A DNA stretch of 64,000 bases from Malacoraja senta (lineage: Eukaryota): assembly GCA_038087875.1 (NCBI GenBank), contig CM075988.1:21330001-21394000 (forward strand). The letters run 5' to 3'. Shown here one piece after another: positions 50,110-62,600 of this stretch. The position numbers were made by a program, and so were the translations under genes. The notes under the pieces are model-generated. The model was not told the origin of the DNA, ran no database searches, and was given only the letters and a program-made list of their open reading frames with translations. Every line of letters starts with the position of its first letter. Positions within the stretch are counted from its first letter, which is position 1.

Positions 50110-50435
50110 TGGGCAGCAACGGTGGTGCAGCGGTAGTGTTCCCGCCTCACAGCGCTTACATCGCCAGAGACCCGGGTTCGATCCCGACCACGGGTGCTTG
50201 TCTGTACGGAGTTTGTACTTTCTCCCCGTGACCTGCGTGGGTTTTCTCCGAAATCTTCGGTTTCCTCCCGCACTCCAAAGACAGACAGGTTTGTAGGGTA
50301 ATTGGTTTGGTATCAATGTAAATTGTCCCCAGTGTGTGTAGGATTGGTGTTAATGTGCGGGGGATCGCTGGTCGGTGTGGACTTAGTGGGCCGAAGGGCC
50401 TGTTTTGATGCTGTATCTCTGAACTGAAACTAAAT
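50110..50435 (+). mobile_element. HE1-like V-SINE
   Basis: Head, body and tail all recognisable. Confidence 0.85.
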
Positions 50436-50792
50436 CAATACGAACTTCAACTAACTCCAAACTCTGCTCAAGGCACTTTGGGCTTTGTTTTGTTTTTTTG
50501 CACCATATTGTTTTTTTTATTTGTTCAGTGAACTAAATTAATTTTTTTAATGTTTGTTTATTTTATTAAGTACTGTGTTTACAGGCCTGCTGTGCTGCTG
50601 CAAGTAAGAATTTCATTATTCTGCATGGGCACAAATGACAATAAAACTCTCGTGACTCTTGACTCTTGAGGAGTCAAGAACTAGCACAGATTTGTTCAAA
50701 GCAAGTCATGTTTGACTAACCTGATAGAATTTTAGGATGAGATAACCGAGAAGGTTTGAAATAAATGTTTTTGTATTGTTATGGACTTACTA

Positions 50793-51105
50793 GGTTAGTT
50801 TTTAGATTTAGAGACACAGCAGGGAAACAGGCCCCTCAGGCCACCGAGTCCGCGCCGACCAGCGATCCCCGCACACTAATGCTATCCTATACGCTGGGGA
50901 CAATTTACAATTTTACCGAGCCAATTAGCCTACAAACCTGAAAGGCTTTGGAGTGTGGGAGGAAACCAGAGCACCCGGTGAAAACCCACGCAGGTCATGG
51001 GGAGAACGTGCAAACTCTGTACAGACAGCACCCATAGTCAGGATCGAACCCGGGTCTCTGGCGCTGTAAGGCAGCGACTCATTCGCTGCACCACCGTGCC
51101 GCCCC
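50793..51105 (-). mobile_element. HE1-like V-SINE, full length
   Basis: The reverse complement starts GGGGCGGCACGGTGGTGCAGCG. Confidence 0.9.
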
Positions 51106-52989
51106 AGAAACAGTCAAGCACGAATTGCATCGGTGTTTAAGATATTTTACAATTTGCAGGGTTGTGGGGAGGAGCAGAGGAATAGGATCTATGGAGTTGA
51201 TCAGCCAGGACCTGGCATGGACTCAATGGGCAGAATGGCCTCCATATATGCCCCAAAACTCCTGGATTTTTATCCTAGTTACCAATCTGGGAGAGAAGAT
51301 GCAGATGATAATAGAGTGCGTAAACCAGTTCTTTACAATAGGTAATTTACTTTAGTTTGTCTTGTTCTAAAACCATATGTATTAATATCTGCACTGCCAG
51401 TATGGGTTTCATTCTGTCTGTGGAGGGAGACGAGGCAAATTCATTCTTCCTGGAAAAATGAGGATGGGCCAGGATTATTTTACACTTCTTCAGCGTTTGT
51501 CTCTGTGATTTAAGTTAACTATCCTGCTCAGTGGAACATGGGCTCAGTTCAATTTCAGCAAAAATGGCTTTGTTCCTGTTCTAACATCAGAATACTCTTC
51601 AACGGGAAACGGGAGAATGTATTATTTTAATTTAGTTTAGTTAAGTTTAGTTTATTTTAGTTTAGCAATAAAGCATGGAAATAGGACCTTTGGCCCACTA
51701 AGTCCTTACCAACTAGTTCTATGGCCAAGTCACTGGATGGATTTAAGAGAGAGTTAGATAGAGCTCTAGGGGCTAGTGGAGTTAAGGGATATGGGGAGAA
51801 GGCAGGCACGGGTTATTGATTGGGGACGATCAGACATGATCACAATGAATGGCGGTGCTGGCTCGAAGGGCCGAATGGCCTCCTCCAGTACCTATTTTCT
51901 ATGTTTCTATGTTATCCCACTTTCTCATCCACTCCCGACACACTGGGGCTGATTTACAGAAGCCCACACAAACAAGAAACCTGCAAACCCGCATGTCTTT
52001 GCGATGTGGAAGGAAACCGGAACATCTGGAGGAAACCCATGCGGCCACAGGGAGAACAGGGAAACTCCACACAGGCAGCACCCGAGGTCAGGATCGAACC
52101 CGGGTCTCTGGCGCTTTGAGGCGGCTGCTCTACAAGCTGTTTCAATGCAATGCCCTTGATTATGTAAATTCCTCACTACAGAGTTAACATCATTGATCTT
52201 ACTACTGTGAAAGCAAATGGATACATTTGTAATGCAAGTACACTCTGCGAAAATGAATATTTTCCACGCACTTAAGCCATTATTTGAGGAGGTGGCCATT
52301 CTCATATAATTCCAACGTTCCATTTTTGTAGTTATGAATTACAAGTGGCAGCATTTTGTGAGAGTGTTATGGGCAGCGTTGCTGAATTCACAATGTAATT
52401 GTCCCAGTTTTGCAAGAGGCTGGCCGGCGACTGACAATTGTTCTTTCAATTACACTTGTTGCAACAAAATTGTACAGTCTCGATAAGGGCCCAATAATTC
52501 AGATGTAAGAACAGCAGGATAAAATGTGATAATGATCACCAGGATGGGCATGCTGAGAGAGTAAAGTCACTTTGAATGTTAGCACCAGAGTGTAGTTTAG
52601 TTCTGAGATGCAGCGCGGAAACAGACTGTTTCCAATCCCCGTACACTAGCACTATCCTACACACCAGGGACAATTTACAATCTTTATCAAAGCCAATTAG
52701 CCGGCAACCCTGTACGTCTTTGAAGTGTGTGGGAGGAAACCGTAGCACCCGGAGAAAACCCACACAGTCACAGGGAGATCGTACAAACTCTGTACAGTCA
52801 GCACCCTCAGTCAGGATCGAACCAGGGTCTTTGCTGGTGTAAGACAGCAACTCTAGTCTTAGAGTGGTACAGCACTTTTCCCTGTTGGACAAACAGGAAT
52901 TATTCGTTGGAACATGGTCTCCCTTTATTGATTATTTAAAGGGTCAGAATGGTTCAGCACAGGAACCTGACTAACACTCGTGCTAAAGA

Positions 52990-53091
52990 ATGGATGAAAT
53001 GCTATACTCTGAAATGTACGAATATATCTCGAATCAAGTTTTCTATTTTAATAAATTTTTCCATTCTTCTTTAACTATCTTTTTCTTTTCT

Positions 53092-53128
<37 letters not shown>

Positions 53129-53352
53129 CTTTTTTTTTCTTTTTCTCTCTTTTCTTCTCTCTCTTTTCTTTCTTTACTTCATCTATCTTTTTAGTTCTAT
53201 CTAGTTTAAAAAAAAAAAAAAAAGGCAAAAGGTATTGGAGACAATGTAATAATAATTGACAATATTATCAATTCAAAAATGTAAGACTGTAATGATGTTA
53301 ATAGGTTGTGTACTTATCTCCAATAAAAAAATATTTTCAAAAAAAAAAAAAA
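52990..53352 (+). mobile_element. Poly(A)-tailed L1/Tx1-like 3' end
   Basis: T-rich UTR, AATAAA and poly(A); possible TSD AAAGAATGG/AAAGAGTGG. A similar element lies at about 55060-55325. Confidence 0.5.
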
Positions 53353-53443
53353 GAGTGGTACAGCACAGATTGAGGCCCTTCAGCCCACCATGTCCATGGC
53401 GACTATTGCATTTGTCTATACTAGTCCCATTTAGCTACATTTG

Positions 53444-54155
53444 GTTCAGAGCCTTCTATTCCTTGGTAATTTGAGTGCTTATTTAGATCCTTCTTCGACG
53501 TTGTGAGAGTGTGCTAAGTGATTCTAATATCTAATCTTTAGAAATTTCTTCTCTTCTTCTGTCGTGTGTCTTTTAGACCTGCAGCTCCGTTGAGGCGAGC
53601 CAGGCCAACGTGTCATCGTCCAGGTCAATCACACCTCGTTCACCATTCGGTGGCCGGCGTTTGGGGTAACTGGTGACTATGTGCTCCACTGTCTGTGTTG
53701 GGTCCCCACACTCGCAGCAGGCGCTGTCCACGAGGCCCCACCTCTTCATCGCTACTCCATAGCGTCCGATGCCTGTCCTCAAGCGGTTGAGGGTTGTCCA
53801 CTGCTTTCGGGGCAGGTCCTGGCCAGGGACGTCCATGGGGTCATTGATGTAATGGTGTAGCCTAGATGGTTCCGCTGACTTCCACTGGTCTCTCCATCTC
53901 AACCAAAACAAGTTGTCTATCTACATCCATTCCCTGGCTGGCTGTGCTTCCGTGTCTTCTGCCCGATGGGAGCAGGGAGAAATAAGGTGGGAAAAGATTT
54001 AGGTTTTAATTTAGTTTAGTTTGGTTTAGAGATACAGCAGAAAAACAGGTCAGCGATCCCCGCATATTAACACTGCCCTACACACATTAGTAACAATTTA
54101 CACTTATACCAAGCCAATTAAGCTACAAAGCTGTACGTCTTTGGAGTGTGGGACG
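53444..54155 (-). repeat. Right arm of the inverted duplication (includes Vingi 3' end at about 53546-53947)
   Basis: Reverse complement of 48721-49429; its Vingi ORF is in frame to ...WLASTELQV*. Confidence 0.95.
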
Positions 54156-54267
54156 AAACTGAAGATCTTGGGAAACTCAAAACTGGCAGTCACAGAGAGA
54201 ACGTACAAACTCCGCACGGACAGCACCCGTAGTCGGGATCGAACCCGGGTCTCAGTTGCTGTAAGGG

Positions 54268-54601
54268 CTTCTTCTTCTTGCGTATGGCGTGCACAGCCAA
54301 AAGTTGTAGGTCATCTTGTTCTATTTGATTAAGAAGGAACTGCAGATGCTGGAAAATCGAAGGTAGACAAAAGTGCTGGAGAAACTCAGCGGGTGCAGCA
54401 GCATCTATGGAGCGAAGGAAATAGGCAAAGTTTCGGGCCGAAACGTTGCCTATTTCCTTCGCTCCATAGATGCTGCTGCACCCGCTGAGTTTCTCCAGCA
54501 CTTTTGTCGACCTTGTTTTATTTGATCTTGTTTGTGCACGTCAGGTTGATTGCATTAGTCGAAACAGGGTGGACCACGTGAAGGTTGCAAACTCCCACCC
54601 C
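54268..54601 (-). mobile_element. Short HDV-ribozyme retroelement, copy 2 (interrupted by a Penelope palindrome at 54330-54511)
   Basis: 10-bp TSD GCTGTAAG(G/A)G at 54258-54267 and 54602-54611, inside an HE1 SINE; tail CATACGCAAGAAGAAGAAG. Confidence 0.85.
54548..54601 (-). ncRNA. HDV-like self-cleaving ribozyme fold
   Basis: P1 GGGGUGG/CCACCCU with a G1.U wobble; P2 GUUUGCA/UGCAAUC (one mismatch); P3 ACC/GGU; L3 UUCACGU; J4/2 CUAA. Confidence 0.8.
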
Positions 54602-55970
54602 GCTGTAAGAGCTGTAAGGCAGCAACTCTACCGCTGCGTATCCATGCCAACCTGTGCTATGTTGGCCGCTGTTCCAAGGCAACGTGAGGTGCAGATGGAG
54701 CCAATGGTGGCGAGTCTGGTCTGAGTGATGGACTGGGCCAGATCTACAACTCTCTGCAACATCTTGCGGTCTGGTGATGAACTGTTCGCAAACCGCGCTG
54801 TGTTGCAGACCCGTGTAGGAGCGTGGCATCTTTGAGAGGGGAAGTCTCGCACGAAAGCAGCTTTCACTGAAATGACTGAGACACTAACTACATCTAATAT
54901 GAAACGAAAAATACGAAAAAAATAAGGCTTGTCTTGACTGACAAACCAGACCAATTTTCCAAGATATGGTCTCCTTTTATTGAATTTCTTCAACAACATA
55001 ATGGTTGAACACAAACTCAAAACCGACGCTAGGGTGGGGTGAGCGGGCGTAGGGAAGGACAGTGGGATATATCTCCGCTTCTTTCACTTCTTCGTTAGTT
55101 CTGGGGTTTTTCTTTTTTCTTTTTCGTGTCTTTCTCGAAATTCTTTCTTTTCTTTTTCTTTTCTTCTTTCTTTCCCTTTTTTTCCCTTTTTCCTTTTTTT
55201 CCGATTTAGTTATTAGTTTGCAAAATGTTAAAATTGAAGCAGTACGAAAATTGTATAATTGTTATGTCGATTACATTCCCTTAGTACAATTGCGTCTAAT
55301 AAAATAAATATTTAAAAAAAAGAAAAAGGAAGAAAGCAACTTTTTCCTCTTGCGCCCATGACTGAGCCTCAGCCTCCGTGACGTGGCAGATGTACGGGTG
55401 GGGTCAAAGTGCAACTCCACCGGGGGAAAGGAAAAGATATCTTTCAACTGCTCTCACCCTTTTCATTAAATACGAAACAGAGAAACAGGCGAGGTTCTAA
55501 ATAATGATTAAGGATTGATTTTTCACAACAGAAGCATCTCAATGATAATAGATGATGAAAAGAGCAGAGAGGGAGAATAAAGCGATATCTATCATTAGAA
55601 AAAAATAGCGTCAACCCAATGAGACTAATGGATGACAAGACCCCGGAGTTAATGGGCAGGGTCGTGGGGTCTTAAATGAAGTTACTGTAGATGCATTCCT
55701 TATAATCGATCACATTTCCCTGGATTCCGCAGAAGGGTCAGAGGACTGGAAAACTGCAAACGTAATACCAAGTAGGTCAGTAACGCTAACATCTGCCATT
55801 GGGAAAATGCTGGAATCCATTATTAAGGAGATATAACGTGAGAGTTACAAAGCCATAATGCAACCTAGCAGAGCCAATTAGATGTTTGGAAAGCAAAAAT
55901 GTGTTTTGCAAGTTGCTCGACTTCTTTGTGGATGTGACAATCAGGGTGGGTGGGGGAAGCCAGCAGATGT

Positions 55971-56410
55971 TATAGAGTCATAGAACGTGGAAACAGGCCC
56001 ATCGACACTAGTCCCACCTGCCTGCGCTTGGCCCATATCCCTCAAAACCTGTCCTATCCATGTATCTGTTTAAATGTTCTTAAAAGTTGCGATAGTCCCT
56101 GCCTCAACTACCTCCTCCAGAAGCTTGATCCATACACCCACCACCCTTTGTGTGAAAAGGTTACCCCTCAGGTTTCTATTCAACCTTTCCCCCCTCACCT
56201 TGAACCTATGTCCTCTGGCCCTCCATTCCCCTCCTCTGGGCAAGAGGCTCTGTGCGTCAACCTGATCCTTCCCTCTCATGATTTTGTACACAACTAAAAG
56301 ATCGCCCCTCATCCTCCTGCGTTCCAAGGAGTAGAGGTCCCAGCCTGCTCAACCCCTCCCTATAGCTCAGGCCCTCGAGTCCCGACAACATCCTCGTAAA
56401 TCTCCTCTGC
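55971..56410 (-). mobile_element. CR1 LINE 3' end
   Basis: Reads ERRRMRGDLLVVYKIMRG...RGHRFKVRG...FTQRVVGVW. Confidence 0.85.
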
Positions 56411-56448
56411 ACCATTTCCAACTTGACAACAGATGTGGCATGTTTGGA

Positions 56449-56746
56449 TTTTAGTTTAGTTTAGTTTGGAGATACAGCGCGGAAACAGGCCCTTCGGCCC
56501 ACATTGTCGGCGCCGACCAGCGATCCCCGCACATTAACACTATCGTACACACACTAGGGACAATTAACACTTATACCAAGCCATTTAACCTACAAACCGG
56601 TACGTCTTTGGAGTGTGGGATGAAACTGAAGATCTTGGAGAACGTACAAACTCCGTACAGACAGCACCCGTAGTCGGAATCGTACCCGGGTCTCCGGAGC
56701 TGCAAGCACTGTAAGGCAGCAACCCTACCGCTGCGCCACCGTGCCA
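56449..56746 (-). mobile_element. HE1-like V-SINE
   Basis: (TTTAG)n tail through head CCGCTGCGCCACCGTGCC. Confidence 0.85.
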
Positions 56747-56815
56747 ATCTCAGGCATTCAATAAGGTGTCACATGAAAGGTCTCCACACAAGGTATGGGG
56801 TTGGAGGTAATATAT

Positions 56816-57733
56816 ACAAGAGATACAAATACAAGATACATTTATTTGTCACATGTACCAATTGGTACAGCGAAATGTGTGGTCACCATACAGCCATACA
56901 ATAATAATGAACACAACACACGATAGAGTCCAACATAAAACATCCCCACCCAGCAGAATCAAAGTTTCCCACTATGGGGGAAGGCACCAAAAGTTCAGTC
57001 ACCTTCCTCTGATGTTCTTTGTTGTTCACCCGTGGTCGGGGCCTCCCGAGCCCTCCGCAGTCGCCGCTACGGGCGGCCCGATGTTCAGGCCCGCTCGCCG
57101 GGATGATTTGAACTCCGACGTCGGAATGGGAGAACAGCCTCAGCGGCTTGGAGCTCCGAATCGGCGACTTCCAAATCGTCTCGCGAAGTCCACAGGGATT
57201 CATATGACTCATAGATTCACAGGATATCCTTTACTTAAGATATTTGAATATTGGCGGCCCCCGGCAAAGGGATCCCAGGACTCCCCGACGCCGAAGTCAG
57301 CGCCGCCCGCGCTGGAAGCCCCACGAACCACAGCTCCGCGACGTTGAACCAGCAGGCCCAACACTCCGGAGCTTCATACGGCGATCCAGGTAGGCATCGC
57401 CCGCTCCGCGGTGAATCCAGCGCTGCGCCGCCGCTGCTGAAGCTCCGGTCCGGTCCCCGGTCCCCGGCAGGAAAGGCCGCGCCAATCCAATTAGTACGCC
57501 GCGAGGAGGGGGGCGATGACGCGACTCGGAGAATAGTCGCATCCTCACCAGGAAGTGACTGGGAAACGTTTTCCCCCCTTACCCTACCCCCCTCCCCCAC
57601 ATAGAAAAACTAAAGAAACATCCAAAACAAACAGTTAAGACAGACTAAATTTTTTTTTTTAAGATAGAAAAAACAGACAGACTGTAGGCAGAGGCTGCCA
57701 TCAATGCCCCTAGTGGATTTGTGTGTGGGTGAC
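56816..57733 (-). mobile_element. GC-rich non-coding retroelement, copy B, (TGTATCT)n tail
   Basis: 8-bp TSD TAATATAT at 56808-56815 and 57734-57741, within an old CR1 relic; same architecture as copy A. Confidence 0.7.
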
Positions 57734-58980
57734 TAATATATTAATGGATGATTTTGGGGTTGGCAATTGGTGCCTCAGGGAACAACACTGAGGCCTCAAC
57801 CACGTTTCAATCTACATGAATGATCAGAGTAAAGGTACAAATCTGTTGATGGTAAAAGTTTAGGTGGATTAATGAGGGCGTGAGGAGAACACAAAGAACC
57901 ACCAGTGCAGCTTGGATGGATTTTATTCTTGTATCATATTACCGGAAAACCATTGGTGTGCTCTCCAATGGCATGAATTGGATAGCGCGCAAACAAATGT
58001 TTTTATATTGTATCTCAGTACACGTCTAGTGTCAAAAGTCAAGAGTGTTTTATTGTCACTTGCCCTCAAATGGAACAACCAAAACAGAACAATGAAATTC
58101 AATAGATAGACAACAAAAGGGATATCTATGGGGAGAAATCAGGAACGGGGTACTGATTTTGGGTGATTAGCCATAATCATATTGAATGGCGGTGCTGGCT
58201 CGAAGGGCTGAACGGCCTACTCCTGCACCTATTTCTTGTGTTTTTATGTTTCTAAAATGCTGGAGTAACTCAGCGGGTCAGACAGCATCTCTGAAGAAAA
58301 GGAATAGGTGACATTTCGGGTCGAGACCCTTCTTCAGACTGAGAGGGAAACTAGAAGTATGAAAAGGTACAAAGAACAGATGAATGAAATTCAATACATT
58401 GAAGTTCAATTCAAAATTTTTTAAATGCAAAGATAAAACAAAGCTCAAGTCCCTAATGCAACCCACGCAGTTCATAATTCAGAGTTTAGTTGGAGTTTGT
58501 GGTGTTCAATAGCCTGATGGACATGACAGTAATAAGCCATTACTGGTAGCTATACATGGTTAGATTAACATTTCAGTGATAGATATCTGAGGATATGAAA
58601 TTATATATATAATATTTTATAAACTAAGTGTCATAAGACTCATAGATTCACAGGATATCCTTTACTTAAGATATTGGACTGTCTATGGAACTGATGCACT
58701 AACAATGTTGAGAACTATATTCTGCACTCTGTATCTTCCCCTTTGGTCTAGAGAGCAGTCTTGAACTACTATCTACCTCACTGGAGACCCTAGGGCTATC
58801 GTTGATCAGACTTTACTGGCTTTATCTTGCAATAAATGTTATTCCCTTTACAATGTATCTGTACACTGTAAATGGCTCGATTGTAATCATGTATTGTCTT
58901 TCCACTGACTGGTTAGCACGCATCCAAAGCTTTTCACTGTACCTCGGTACACCTGACAATAGACTAAACTCAAACTATTG

Positions 58981-59290
58981 AGGGTGGCACATTGGTGCAG
59001 CGGTAGAGTTGCAGCGCTGGAGAACCGGATTCGATCCCGACTACGGGTGCTGTCTGTACGGAGTTTGTACCTTCTCCCCATCACCTGCATGGGCTTTCTC
59101 CGAGATCTTCGCTTTCCTCCCACACTCTAAAGACGTACAGGGATGTAGGTAAATTGGCTTGGTATAAATGTAAAAATTGACCCTAGTGTGTGTAGGATAG
59201 TGTTAATATACTGGGGGATCGCTGGTCGGCGCGGACCCGGTGGGCCGTAGGTCATATTTCACGCTGTATCTCTAAACTATATTGAACTAA
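58981..59290 (+). mobile_element. HE1-like V-SINE
   Basis: Head, body and tail all recognisable. Confidence 0.85.
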
Positions 59291-61094
59291 AGTAAACTAT
59301 TGTACTTGAGTTTGACGTCATTGTATTTATCAACAGTATAATCTGAATTCATTGGATAGTGTGCAAAACAAATCTTTTCACTGTCCCTCGGTACACGTGA
59401 CAATAATCATAAGGTCGTAACGTCATAAGTGATAGGACCAGAATTAGGCCATTCGGCCCATCAAGTCTACTCCGCAATTCAATCATGGCTGATCCGTCTC
59501 TCCCTCCTAACCCCATTCTCCTGCCTTCTCCCTGACACCCGTACTAATCAAGAATCCATCTGTCTCTGCCTTAAAAATATCCATAGACTTGGCCTCCACA
59601 GCCTTCTGTGGCAAAGAATTCCACAGATTCGCCACCCTCTGACTAAAGACCAACAACTAATGAACGACAACCCAAAGCCTCGGGTGATGTGGCTGGTGCT
59701 CAGTGCAATGTCTGTATAGGTGTCTTTAAAGTTCCCTAATTCCATTGACTTAAGTAAGTAAGTAAGTTTAAGTAAGTAAGTAAGTTTATTGGCCAAGTAG
59801 TCACATACAAGGAATTTGCCTTGGTGCTCCGCCCACAAGTAACAACATGACATACAGTGACAGTTACGAATGACTCAGAAGACACTAAACATTAATAATA
59901 ATAATAAAACATTAATGATAAAACACCATTGATCAAGCATGTGAACCAACAAAATACCAGATCCAAGGTACTGTCCATTCTGAGAACACGTTAGTCAAGG
60001 CGATTAGCCCTCAGTCTGAAGAAGGGACTCGACCCGAAAGGTCACCTATTCCTCAACACCAAAGTTGTTTCCTGACCCGCTGACTTACTCCAGTACTGCG
60101 TGTCTCTCTTAGTCCAGACAATGTTGCTGCCAATTTATATCTGAAGACCTACTGTAAATTCACAACTAAATTAAGATGTACTTTTCTCTTTGAAGGCGTG
60201 TGATACCTCCAAAGAAGGGTGCAGGAAGACACCAATTATTTACAAAGACTTCCTGCATGGTAATTGCTGTGTCTCTATATTAGGCTCTTCAAATTGCAGT
60301 TTGTTTTACAGAGGTGAGTGTGGCAGTGAAAAGACTGACAGAGAACCAGACTCTTGGGAAGCCAGAATCAGAACTCAGATGGTGCCTCCAACATAATGCC
60401 TGTAACTTGCTTGAGAAAGCATCACTTTACCCAGCAAGCTGCTTGTACCAGAATAACCTGCTGAAATCTCTCGTACAGCAAAATACCTAATGAATGTTAC
60501 TGTATAAAAATGACATTGGCAATGATTCACTTTGTAGTGGAATTCTTTGCCACAGAAAGCTGTGGAAGCCAAGTCAATGGATATTTTTAAGGCAGAGATA
60601 GATCGTTTATTTCTCCATGTGCTACAGGATGAGGGGGGCAAGATGTAATGGGAGACACAAAATGCTGGAGTAACTCAGCGGGACAGGCAGCATCTCTGGA
60701 TAGAAGGGATGGGTGACGTTTTGGGTCGAGACCCTTCTCCAGACCCGAAACATCACCGTTCCTTCTCTCCAGAGATGCTGCCTCACCCGCTGAGTTACTC
60801 CAGCATTTTGTGTCTACCTTCATCTAGTAGGTCGGGCATTTTTTCTAGCCTGATGTAAATGTCCACGGGTAAAAAAGGTCATGAATTAGGTCGTGAAAGT
60901 GGGACAGGCCCTTGACTCTCTGACTCTCTCTGTAACTGCAGCACTGTATTCTGCACTCTTCTTATTTGTCTCTCTGGTCTACAAAACTGTACGCCTTTCA
61001 AAGTGCCATTTTCTGGAATTGCATGGCAAACTAATATGTTATTTATGTGACCTGTAATTTGTCTGGCTCAATAATAAGTAATTTGTCTTTACAT

Positions 61095-61942
61095 TTTTTC
61101 TGTTGTTTTTTTGTCTTGTTTTGGTTAAGTTTTAGTTTGTTGGGTTGTGTTAGGGGGGTGAAACATGTTCTCTGTCTCTTCCTTCGGGGGAATGCGACTT
61201 TTTCGTGTCGTATCCCCCCTTCTCTGCCTCCGTCTGCGCTGAGGCCTAATGGCGGAGCTGGCGGCCTCCAACCTGCGTCTGACCCCGAGGCTACGGAGGC
61301 AGAGCCAGCCAGGACTTACCAACGAGATGCTGGCCATCTTCGGGGCTGAGGCAGCGGTGGCCCGACTTGCTGGTGCGGCGTTCTGGCTTTTGGCGGCGGC
61401 CTGGAGCTGATACAGTGGGGTCCGGAGCGGAGACTGCGGGACCCGAGCTGGGGCAGCGGCGTGGAGCGGAGACTGTGGGACCCGGAGCTGGGGCGGCGGC
61501 CTGGAGCGGAGACTGCGGGACCCGGAGTTGGGGTGGCGGCCCGGAGCGGAGACTGCGGGACCCGGAGCTGGGGCAGCGGCCTGGAGCTGGGGCGGCGGCC
61601 CGGAGCTGATGCTGTGGCGGGCCGTCTCGGAGCGGAGACGGCGTTCCGGCTTTCGGCGGCGGCGACATCACCACGGAGGTCCGCTGGACTGGAGGGCGGC
61701 ATCTTCGGCCTGGATCGATCGCCTCAGCGCAGAGGGAGAACAAGGAGGGAAGAGACGGAGACTAAGACTTTGCCTCCATCACAGTGAGGATGTGCTTGGT
61801 GAACTCACTGTGGTGGATGTTTAATTTGTGTTTATTGTATGTTTTGTTATTATTGGTTCTGTGTATGACTGCAGGCAACATAATTTTGTTTAGACCGAAA
61901 AGTCTGAATGACAATAAAGGAATCTATCTATCTATCTATCTA
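61095..61942 (+). mobile_element. GC-rich non-coding retroelement, copy C, (CTAT)n tail, internal ~40-bp tandem repeat (61424-61601)
   Basis: T-rich linker, the two shared hairpins, and GACAATAAA followed by (TCTA)n. Confidence 0.7.
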
Positions 61943-62600
61943 AGCATATGAAAGATAGACGTTTTCAAACAATTATATCGATAGTTTCAATTCTAGCTGT
62001 CAAATGCGTGACAAAGAGAATGAATTTACAATGTTCTGAAGTCCTTTACCCCAGTGGTTAATAACTAATAAATGTCTTTTGAAAGTATCAATGGTGATCA
62101 CCATGGTTCTGCAGCATAATATGTAATGGCTCAGTCTGTTTTTAAGGATAACTATTGCTTAGTTTGTCTCTATCTTTAAATAGGAATGTCTGATGATTTG
62201 AGAGGAATAGATCGGGTAGACGCACAGAGTATCTTGCCCAGAGTAGGGGAATCGAGAACCAGAGGACATAGATTGAAGGGGGAAAGATTTAACAGGAATC
62301 TGATGGGTAACTTTTTCACACAGAGATGGAATTTTTAATGGAACATTTAAAATGTATGGAACGTTTAATTTTGTTCAGTTTTGGTTTAGTTTATTGTCAC
62401 GTGCACTGAGGTACAGTGAAAAGCTTTTATTGTTGCGAGCTATCCAGTCAGCAGCGAGACTATACATGATTGCAATCGAGCCGTCCACAGTGTACAGATA
62501 CAGGATAAAGGGAATAACGTTTAGTGCAAGATATAGTCCAATAAAGTCTGATTAAAGATAGTCCGAGGATGAGCTGCCAGAGGAAGTAGTTGAGGCAGGT

